Positions 56,278 to 64,000 of a DNA stretch of 64,000 bases are shown here, piece after piece. Location of the stretch: contig OZ253564.1 of NCBI GenBank assembly GCA_965262915.1, positions 864,001-928,000 of the forward strand. The letters are read 5' to 3'. A program made the translations under genes and the position numbers. Each line of letters starts with the position of its first letter. Within the stretch, counting starts at the first letter, position 1. The notes below the pieces were generated by a model, which did no database searches, was not told the origin of the DNA, and worked only from the letters and a program-made list of their open reading frames with translations. This DNA comes from Candidatus Spongiisociaceae bacterium (GTDB lineage: Bacteria > Actinomycetota > Acidimicrobiia > Spongiisociales > Spongiisociaceae).

Positions 56278-56481
56278 ACTAAAGAAGATTGCCCTGCTGA
56301 TTCCGACCGCCGCTTGAGAGTCCAAGACGTGATCGTTTCTTAGCTCTGGCGTACCGGTACCGGCAACGATGCCACCGCTTCGAAGTATGTGTAGATCCAG
56401 CCGTCGGCATGACAAGTCCGTCGGTGTGGATGCCACGCCGGTTGCCGTCCAAATGGGTACAACCACCATTACTTGGAGGAG

Positions 56482-58707
56482 TCAGGAATCAGATGACGCA
56501 CTGATCGAGAATCTGTGGAGTACGTTCTCTGTGATTCGTGACACCGGTCCCTCGTAGTTCTCGACCTCCAAAGCCCCAAGCCAGCACATGGAACTTACAC
56601 TGAAGACAGCACCGCCATTCGGGTATTCCAGATAGACGATGTCTGCACGGATGGGTGGGCGTGTGTGACTCGATTGTGCCCAGTCAGAAGCCTGCAGGTC
56701 TTCAAGCGTCGTATGATACAGACCCGAAAAGCCGTCTGCCGTAGCGAGTATGACCGTATGTGAGGGTGTTCCCTTACGAAGATCCGCATGGTCGATCTCC
56801 CAACCGGCGGCTCCCCCCAAGAACCGTCCTGAGTCACCGAAGGTTGGTGACTCGACTCCGTCGCATATCCAAGCAACCCTAGGGTGATAGCTTGCCGCAG
56901 TCCGTCTGTAGGGTCGAGCAGGACCAGCTCCAAAGGCAGTAAAACCAGTGCCGACAATGCTAGCTGGGTTGTTTCCGTGGTATCTCCAAATGCCCCCAGG
57001 TTCTCCCGTTGTACTGTGTCCTGATTCTCCGGGATCTGCTTCCCACGGGCTGGATCCGTATTGACTTCGACGTACCTCCGATAGGCTTGGGTCGAACTCA
57101 GGGATAGAGGTGACCCAATAGAAGCCATTACCACCGAGGTAGATGAGGCGTCCTCCGTCCAGTAGGTATTCTTGAAGGGCCACCATCATCCGCCGCGTCC
57201 AGTATTCTGGATGGCTTCCTGTCACTATGGTGCGGAAGGGAGCCAGCGCACTAACACCTCGACCGTGCAGAATCTCGTCCGTGATGACCTCGTAGGAGTA
57301 TCCCTTCTCATCCAGCCACCGTAACCCACAGAGGTCTGAGCTGAATCCGTGGTAAGACTGCGTTAGGGGAAATACGTAACCGGGGCGCATGCTAAGGAGT
57401 GGCCGTCGTCGAGACGCATAACATACGCCGCTCCCGTCACTGTGTACCTCGTACTGACTCAGTAGCCCGAGTTTGAGCATCGTATGGTCTGCATCAGTTA
57501 GCAATGGTCGAATATCATCCCATCCACCAAACGTTTTGGCGAGCGATGGATTCTTAACCGCCTCGTGCGAATTGCCATAGGCGATATCGGTAAGCGTACT
57601 CGCCAGAAAGGCGACGTCGGCTCGTTCCTGCCCCGGGATCGGGCAAACCCAAAACGGGATGAAGTCTTCCTCCGATTCGCTGCGGAGATGCGCGGCATAG
57701 GCACCACTCTCCAAGTCTTTAGGGACCTTGAATGTGAAAGAGGGTGACCACCTGGCATCAGCAAGGTCATCGTCGTGAAAGTGGATCGCTCCATATTCCT
57801 CGGGTCTAGACGGCCAATGGGTAACTTCGCCTGACCAATCTCGACCTGTCATAGCTCGGGTCGGCATGTTCACCACCACGCCCGTATTACCATTTCCCGA
57901 AAGATCAACAACATCCCGGGACGATATGGCCTGTGAGAAGTCCCACGCTCCCACAGTGTTGTTTCTCCACCGGCGCCAGCCCTCTCGGTCACCTAAACCG
58001 ACAAGATCGATTTCTCGGAGCGCCAGATTGAGCAGTCGGGGATCCTCGATCTTCCCGTTGAACGACCAGCGCGTATGCCCTCTCCTATCTTGCGCTCCCC
58101 CGATAGTAAAGAAACCAGAGCCGACCGAATGATCGCCTATTCCGATGTTACATCTGTGACCTTCTGGGTAGTCGGGCCACGGACGCGGACGCATAGGGAG
58201 GCTCACAACCTCGGCATCGCCAGTGGTGTGGTCATAGGAACCAGCGATGAAAGTCCATTCTCGCTCACGAAGTCCAGCAGATGGAGTTGTGCTAGCGATT
58301 TCTCCCGTGCGTCCAACACGAAGTGTAGTTCCCGTGGAACTCACAAAGAGGCCAAATCCGGGCTCGTCTCCCCAGCATCCGAGAACCAGTTGCAGGTCCT
58401 TGCCGAGCCTGGTTGGATAGACCCACGCAGAGATAGAGAATGATCGCGGGCATAACGATCCGTGTTGCTGAGGGATGTGGATCCTTGAACCGAGACTCAG
58501 GGTTTGTTCCTCCGGCGGATATGACCCGAGGTTCGCTACGGCTTCTGCCGAGAATCCTTGTGATTCACTATCACTAGGTTCATGTTGAAGACGAACGATC
58601 GAGGCATCGAATGGATCCTGCGAGCTCACCATGAAGTCAAGAGCAGCACCTGGTACAGTTGAGAGTTCACTAGTATAACCAATAAGGCTCTTATACGCTA
58701 TTGTCAT
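56482..58707 (-). CDS. N,N-dimethylformamidase large-subunit family protein
   Basis: LamG-like FNGKIED, YGAIHFHDDDL, AYGN, SQYEVHSDGSG, HPEYWT, YLGGNGFYW, GGAAGWEID. Confidence 0.85.
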   Translation of the reverse strand: MTIAYKSLIGYTSELSTVPGAALDFMVSSQDPFDASIVRLQHEPSDSESQGFSAEAVANLGSYPPEEQTLSLGSRIHIPQQHGSLCPRSFSISAWVYPTRLGKDLQLVLGCWGDEPGFGLFVSSTGTTLRVGRTGEIASTTPSAGLREREWTFIAGSYDHTTGDAEVVSLPMRPRPWPDYPEGHRCNIGIGDHSVGSGFFTIGGAQDRRGHTRWSFNGKIEDPRLLNLALREIDLVGLGDREGWRRWRNNTVGAWDFSQAISSRDVVDLSGNGNTGVVVNMPTRAMTGRDWSGEVTHWPSRPEEYGAIHFHDDDLADARWSPSFTFKVPKDLESGAYAAHLRSESEEDFIPFWVCPIPGQERADVAFLASTLTDIAYGNSHEAVKNPSLAKTFGGWDDIRPLLTDADHTMLKLGLLSQYEVHSDGSGVCYASRRRPLLSMRPGYVFPLTQSYHGFSSDLCGLRWLDEKGYSYEVITDEILHGRGVSALAPFRTIVTGSHPEYWTRRMMVALQEYLLDGGRLIYLGGNGFYWVTSIPEFDPSLSEVRRSQYGSSPWEADPGESGHSTTGEPGGIWRYHGNNPASIVGTGFTAFGAGPARPYRRTAASYHPRVAWICDGVESPTFGDSGRFLGGAAGWEIDHADLRKGTPSHTVILATADGFSGLYHTTLEDLQASDWAQSSHTRPPIRADIVYLEYPNGGAVFSVSSMCWLGALEVENYEGPVSRITENVLHRFSISASSDS

Positions 58708-58740
58708 TACTGGACCTGCCTCCGTGTGGTGACGCCATAC

Positions 58741-59799
58741 CTATTCCACCGCTCCTCGTGCGGCTATTGGCAGAATCGCCTGTATCAGCCCCGAACGATG
58801 GAGCGCAACAGTGTTGAATAGATTCACCACCGCATTCGCGTTGTTTGGAATGATTGTTATCGTCTCACCGAGTGAGGGCTTCGAAGCGCACATCGACACA
58901 TCTAGGTGTCCGTGCTCTTCTTCAAGCAGGAAGACGTGCGCGTTCGGATACTCAACGACGTAGCCAAACCGGTCATCAGAAAAGCCCTCCGGTGGCTCGG
59001 TTGTCAGTACCTTCGTTCCGGCATCTACGATTACACGATTCTTGGTCGGTGAACTAACAACCGTCGTTCTCACCCGAAGCGCGCAGGAATCAAGCTGACT
59101 TGTGTCTTTAATGATCGCTGATCGATCCCCATAGACGTAGGTACCGGCGCGGATCTCGCCGATCTCAGAGACATCATGAGTCTCATAAACGCCCGGTGTT
59201 CCCCCTCCGCAGGCGATGCCCCTTGACAATCCGATGCGGTCCAAGCCTTCGAACACCTCTCTGAACCACGGCCCGACGTGTGGACTCGTAGGGTATGTCA
59301 GCAACCCGGCAAACGAAAGGGCCGGTAGGCGGTGAACTGCATCTGCGAGCATAATCGCGGCTGCCGGTGTCTGTACTCCGGTTCGCTTCCAACCCGTATC
59401 GCAATCGACATAGAAATCGATCTGTGCACCATGTGTTTCTGCTGATTGAGAGATCGCACTCGCTACTTGGAACGAGTCCGCCGCTATCGAGAGGTTCACG
59501 AGCCTTGCCAAAGAAGCCACCCGCCTCGCTTTTCGAGTGCCGATCACAGGAAAGACGATCTGGATATCTTGAATGCCGGCCGCGCCCATGATCTCAGCCT
59601 CAGAGAGTTTCTGGCACGCGATGCCAACCGCACCGGCTCGGACCTGCATATGTGCAAGAAACGGAAGTTTGTGTGTCTTGATGTGAGGACGATTTCGGAG
59701 TCCATGTCGGTCGGCATATGACTGCAAGCGGCTGATGTTCGTCTCGACGGCATCCAAATCAACTGTCAACAGTGGTGTGTCGAGGTCGTCGATGGTCAA
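58741..59799 (-). CDS. Fold-type III PLP enzyme (D-TA/DSD1-like)
   Basis: LDTP, RPHIKTHK, CQKLSEAE, GGTP, EIRAGTYVYGD, DAGTK, EEHG; TTG start at 59799 with GGAAGGA RBS. Confidence 0.85.
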   Translation of the reverse strand: MTIDDLDTPLLTVDLDAVETNISRLQSYADRHGLRNRPHIKTHKLPFLAHMQVRAGAVGIACQKLSEAEIMGAAGIQDIQIVFPVIGTRKARRVASLARLVNLSIAADSFQVASAISQSAETHGAQIDFYVDCDTGWKRTGVQTPAAAIMLADAVHRLPALSFAGLLTYPTSPHVGPWFREVFEGLDRIGLSRGIACGGGTPGVYETHDVSEIGEIRAGTYVYGDRSAIIKDTSQLDSCALRVRTTVVSSPTKNRVIVDAGTKVLTTEPPEGFSDDRFGYVVEYPNAHVFLLEEEHGHLDVSMCASKPSLGETITIIPNNANAVVNLFNTVALHRSGLIQAILPIAARGAVE

Positions 59800-59813
59800 G
59801 TGGATGTCCTTCC

Positions 59814-60492
59814 TGAACCGCGCCTTGGGTTTAGCGGAGACCGGTTTGTTTGTGTACAGTTCGCCGAACTGGGTTCTGTTGACTGTAGCATTTGGCTTCT
59901 CTTTCGGTGTGTGGGATGTTCCCGATCGATTCGAGGGAGTCTTCGGTTGTTGAGCCAGTGGACAAATCCGAGGGTGGAGTAGTCGAGATGATGGAGATCC
60001 CCCACGGCGGGCCTTTCTCTCGGACGAGCTTGATCTTGTACGCTCCGATGATCGCTTCGGTGAGGGGGTTATCGTAAGAATCGCCGACTGGTCTGACCGT
60101 ACGTTCGATGCGGGCCTGGGTGGCTGTACTCTGCCTGGGCTACATACGCAGACGCTCCGCAGGATCTCTTTGGCCCGGCGGAACTCACGAACGTCCCGGT
60201 GCAACTTTGTGAGTTCCACCACCTGCTCTTACGGCAATCCCGACCGCAGACCCTGATCGCGTCTCCGACTTCCGCACCCATTTGGGTAACGTCGCTGACG
60301 AACACTCCACGATTGTCGCCGTTGGTCGAACAGATGGTCGCCCACTCCGAGCAGTGCTCGCCCCGCTGCACGGATACCAGACGCACGGCTCGCTCCCGAA
60401 CCTCCCGTGTGGCCTTACGTTCTCAGTGGCACCAGCCTTGTTTGCGTATCATTCCTCCCCATGTTCGAGTATCATTCGATACACGCTGTTCG
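59814..60492 (-). mobile_element. Degenerate, internally deleted IS3-family (IS51/IS6110-like) remnant
   Basis: End TGAACCGCG; fragments ERAVRLV, SEWATI, REFRRAKEIL (OrfA), VGDSYDNPLTEAIIGAYK and FVHWLNNRRL (OrfB) in shifting frames. Confidence 0.75.
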
Positions 60493-60506
60493 AGAGCCGT
60501 ATTGAA

Positions 60507-60896
60507 GTGAAACCCGAGTACTTGAACCCCGACACTCTGGCACCGCCGGCGGCACCCTTCACCTATGTGGTCAAGTGTGGAAGCGTGGTCTATCTATCCG
60601 GTCATGTTGCCTTCGACGAGAACAACAAAGTGGTCGGTCCTGGAGATCCTCGACGCCAGGCGGAACAATGCTGGGACAATATCGAACTTGCCGTAGAAGG
60701 CGCTGGTGGCACACTCGCGAACGTCGTGAAGATTCAGGTGTTTCTCAAAGATATTCGATTTGCGGAGGCCGAACAAGCAGTAAGAGTTGAGAGGTTCCAG
60801 GGAATGCGGCTCCCGGCGTGCACTCTTGTGGAAGTGTCGAATCTCGGGATGCCTGAGCTGCTCATGGAGATCGATACTGTTGCCGTCCTCGACTGA
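60507..60896 (+). CDS. RidA/YjgF family protein
   Basis: VYLSGHV, QAEQCWDNI, VVKIQVFL, PACTLVEVSNL, EIDTVA. Confidence 0.85.
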   Translation: MKPEYLNPDTLAPPAAPFTYVVKCGSVVYLSGHVAFDENNKVVGPGDPRRQAEQCWDNIELAVEGAGGTLANVVKIQVFLKDIRFAEAEQAVRVERFQGMRLPACTLVEVSNLGMPELLMEIDTVAVLD

Positions 60897-62943
60897 ATCC
60901 GCGAGAGGCCGCTGGTTCACCGGCATCGATTCGGGCGGGACGTTCACCGACACGGTTGCAATCGACACGGAGTCCAGGGCGATTCAGGTGGCGAAGGTCC
61001 CCTCGACTCCATTGAGGCCGGTCGTCGCTGTCGTCGAGTCCCTGGAACAGCTCAACTCTCGTCGAATCGCCCGCCTTGTTCATGGCACCACGGTCGCGAC
61101 AAACGCTGTTCTACAGCGCAATGGCGCACGCTTGGCTCTCCTGGTCACCAAGGGGTTCGAAGATGTGGCGTACATACAACGTATCAACAGACCTCGCGCA
61201 TACGATTTGCTCTGGCAGAAACCAGATCCGCTTGTCGCGAAGCGCCACTGTTACGGAATCAGCGAACGTATCGGATCTGAGGGTGAGATCCTGTTGCCCC
61301 TCACTGAGGATGCCGTGTCGGCGGTCGTCGCGCATCTGAAAGACATAGTCTCAGCGGGCGAGATTGATGCGATAGCCGTCTGTCTCCTCTTCAGCTACGC
61401 GAACGACGCTCACGAGCAGCTTTTAGGCCGGCGCCTCCGTGAAGCCCTTCCCGACACGCCGGTGTCGGTCTCGAGTGAGGTGAGCCCGATCTGGAGAGAA
61501 TACGAGCGAACGAGTACGGTTCTCGCTGACGCCTACATCAAGCCGCTGATGTCCCGCTACTTCGGCGATCTTGCTGTCGAGACAGGTCCATTTCTCAAAG
61601 GCTCACCGCTCACTATCCTCAAGTCGAACGGTGGGACCGGCAACGTCTCCACAATTGCGCCGAAGCCGGTGACATCGATTCTGTCGGGTCTCGCCGGTGG
61701 CGTTGTCGGGGGAGCGTTCTTTGCCGCAGCTGAGAATGAGCCCCTCGCGATCACCTTCGACATGGGTGGGACGAGTACAGATATCGGGCTGGTACGCGAT
61801 GGCCAAGTGGGACACGTCAACGAGTACGAAGTCGAGTGGGGTCTACCGGTGGTCACCCCGGTCGTCGATGTGCACACAATTGGTGCGGGTGGTGGATCGA
61901 TAGCGGCAATTGACAGCGGTAGCCTTCTCCAGGTCGGCCCCCGTAGCGCCGGAGCACGGCCCGGTCCCTCGTGCTATGGGCTTGGCGGATCAAAGCCCAC
62001 GGTAACGGATGCGAACCTGGTCCTAGGCCGGCTGAATCCGCACTACTTTCTCGGCGGCAAGGTGAAGCTTGAACCGCAAGCGTCCTTCGATGCGTTGTCA
62101 GAGCTTGCTTCGCAATTGCAGCTCTCGACCGTCGACGCTGCGACCGCTGTAGTGGCTGTTGCCGACGAGAACATGGCGAACGCCATTCGGCTGGTTACGA
62201 TCGAGCGCGGTGTCGACCCACGGGGCTTCGCTCTGATAGCGTTCGGTGGTGCCGGGCCCCTTCACGCGTGCGGAGTCGCTGATGCGGTCGGGATCCGGCG
62301 GATAGTGGTTCCGCCCAATCCAGGTCTATGCTCCGCGTTCGGTGCAGCGATCGCGCGCTTACGCACCGATCGGGTCTGGAGCATCGGCAAGCGAATCGAC
62401 GACATCAACGAAGAGGTGCTGCAGGCCGAATTCCAGGCGTCAGTGGGTGCTGTCAGCAATCAGTTGTACAGAGATGGCGCAACGGGCTCCGAACGGTTAT
62501 CACTGTTCGCATCATGCCGCTACTACCTCCAGAACCATGAGCATGAGATACACCTTGGAGCGGATCTGGTGCCCGGCTTCCTAGCGCGGCTGCGCGACGC
62601 ATTCGACCGGGCACACGAAGCAGCCTACGGCTACTCGTTTCCATCCGATCCGGTCGAAGTGGTTCATTGTCGGGTTACTGCTCTGGAACCCTACGATGCA
62701 TCCCTGGATATCGATTTCGCCCATCAAGATGGCCTCAGTGCTCGGGGTCCAAGGTCTGATCGAGTCCTCACTTTTGCCGGCGGCGAGGAATCGCTGGTTC
62801 CGGTCTACGAGCGTGCGAGTCTCACCGAACTGGTGGGGCCGGCTGTCATCGACGAGCCGGACTCGACAACCCTTGTTAGTCCGGGCTGGCTGGCACGTTT
62901 GACAGAGCGAGGCAGCATCCTTATGGAAAAGGAGCAGCTATGA
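60880..62943 (+). CDS. Hydantoinase/oxoprolinase subunit A, pair 2
   Basis: IDSGGTFTD, HGTTVATN, EYERTST, DMGGTSTD, GAGGGS, FGGAG; TTG start inferred. Confidence 0.9.
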   Translation: MPSSTESARGRWFTGIDSGGTFTDTVAIDTESRAIQVAKVPSTPLRPVVAVVESLEQLNSRRIARLVHGTTVATNAVLQRNGARLALLVTKGFEDVAYIQRINRPRAYDLLWQKPDPLVAKRHCYGISERIGSEGEILLPLTEDAVSAVVAHLKDIVSAGEIDAIAVCLLFSYANDAHEQLLGRRLREALPDTPVSVSSEVSPIWREYERTSTVLADAYIKPLMSRYFGDLAVETGPFLKGSPLTILKSNGGTGNVSTIAPKPVTSILSGLAGGVVGGAFFAAAENEPLAITFDMGGTSTDIGLVRDGQVGHVNEYEVEWGLPVVTPVVDVHTIGAGGGSIAAIDSGSLLQVGPRSAGARPGPSCYGLGGSKPTVTDANLVLGRLNPHYFLGGKVKLEPQASFDALSELASQLQLSTVDAATAVVAVADENMANAIRLVTIERGVDPRGFALIAFGGAGPLHACGVADAVGIRRIVVPPNPGLCSAFGAAIARLRTDRVWSIGKRIDDINEEVLQAEFQASVGAVSNQLYRDGATGSERLSLFASCRYYLQNHEHEIHLGADLVPGFLARLRDAFDRAHEAAYGYSFPSDPVEVVHCRVTALEPYDASLDIDFAHQDGLSARGPRSDRVLTFAGGEESLVPVYERASLTELVGPAVIDEPDSTTLVSPGWLARLTERGSILMEKEQL

Positions 62944-64000
62944 CCGACCACGTGGACACTGTAACCATGACGGTCGTAAGCAACTATCTCCGTAACGTCT
63001 GTCAAGAGATGGGCGTTGCCATGATGAGAACCTCGTTCTCCACCATCTTCAATGAAGGCCTCGACTTCTCCTGCGTGGTCTTCGATGCAGCGGGGCGAGC
63101 CATAGGAACCGGTGAATTCTGCCCGGCGCAGATCGGCGCCATCAACTTCGTGGTGGCCTGGTGCATCGAAGAACTCGGCGTCGAAGCTTTCAACGAGGGA
63201 GACGTCGTGATCCACAACGACCCCTATCGCGGAAACTGCCACATGCCAGAGCACATGGTGATGAAGCCGGTCTTCTTTGACGGCGAGCTCGTTGCCTTTG
63301 CAGCGACCATCGCCCATATGGCTGAAATCGGCGGAAAGGCTCCTGGAGGATTTGCGGCCGATGCCGTGGACGTGTACCAGGAAGGGCTGCGGCTACCGCC
63401 CATCAAGCTGATGGAGCGTGGAGAGCGAAACGAAGACGTCTGGAAGCTGGTTCTCATGAACCATAGGACGCCGCGGAGCACATGGGGCGATCTGCATGCG
63501 ATGGTTGGTGCGTTGAATGTTGGTGAGCAACGACTCAAGTCGCTTTTCGGGCGCTACGGAACAGATCGTGTCGCCTCGATCAACGATGCTCTATTCGACT
63601 ATTCGGAGCGCCGGATGCGCGAGGAGATTGCGGCGATTCCCGACGGCGAGTATCTGTGGGAAGACGTTGTTGAGGACGACGGCGTGGTGGCGGACAAGTC
63701 TTATTGGATCCGAGCCAGAATATTCGTCGACGGTAGCGACATCATCCTCGATTTTCGAGAGAGTGACGATCAGGCCCAAGGACCGTGCAACATGACCTTC
63801 GGTTCTACCATGTCAGCGGCTTATAACGCGATGCTCCAGGTGACCGATCCCACGATTCCCAAGAACGCCGGATGTTACCGACCTATCCACGTCATCACTC
63901 GTCACGGCAGCATCGTGAACGTCCAGCCTCCGGGGCCGTCTGTCGGCGGTAACTCCGAGATCCATCCCCGCGTGGTCGATCTGATCCTCGCTGCTTTGGC
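62940..64000 (+). CDS. Hydantoinase/oxoprolinase subunit B, pair 2 (3'-truncated by the window edge; absent from the ORF track)
   Basis: MTDHVDTVTMTVVSNYL...RTSFSTIFNEGLDFSC, NDPYRGNCHMPE, HMAEIGG, YQEGL. Confidence 0.9.
   Translation, partial: MTDHVDTVTMTVVSNYLRNVCQEMGVAMMRTSFSTIFNEGLDFSCVVFDAAGRAIGTGEFCPAQIGAINFVVAWCIEELGVEAFNEGDVVIHNDPYRGNCHMPEHMVMKPVFFDGELVAFAATIAHMAEIGGKAPGGFAADAVDVYQEGLRLPPIKLMERGERNEDVWKLVLMNHRTPRSTWGDLHAMVGALNVGEQRLKSLFGRYGTDRVASINDALFDYSERRMREEIAAIPDGEYLWEDVVEDDGVVADKSYWIRARIFVDGSDIILDFRESDDQAQGPCNMTFGSTMSAAYNAMLQVTDPTIPKNAGCYRPIHVITRHGSIVNVQPPGPSVGGNSEIHPRVVDLILAAL

Noticed and set aside
59800-60222. 141-aa N-terminal extension on the fold III enzyme ORF, suggesting a transposase fusion
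   Set aside because: It is read-through of the IS3 remnant; a TTG start with an RBS exists at 59799.

Overview
High-GC bacterial DNA, probably Actinomycetota/Acidimicrobiia-like (inferred from TANNNT leaderless-type starts and the gene families present). The window is almost entirely accessory catabolism and transport: PLP enzymes, three TPP-dependent E1 alpha/beta pairs without E2 core or E3, two molybdenum hydroxylase loci, a GMC oxidoreductase, two ABC importers, amidohydrolases, two hydantoinase/oxoprolinase A+B pairs, a CocE/NonD hydrolase and a dimethylformamidase-large-subunit homologue. At about 11-15.5 kb lies a conflict-like trio: a D-2-hydroxyacid dehydrogenase fused to a helicase-nuclease-type C-terminal domain, a divergent ABC-ATPase/TOPRIM (OLD-like) protein, and a Fic protein. 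Intergenic spaces carry at least four families of short inverted-repeat elements (MITE/REP-like), often bounded by CTAG/TAG, sitting at gene ends and stacking end to end. From about 48.6 kb the GC content drops (probable acquired island); this part holds an intact ISL3 with an 8-bp target duplication and a decayed IS3. No rRNA, tRNA or CRISPR array was seen. All product calls come from motif recognition by eye, not database searches.
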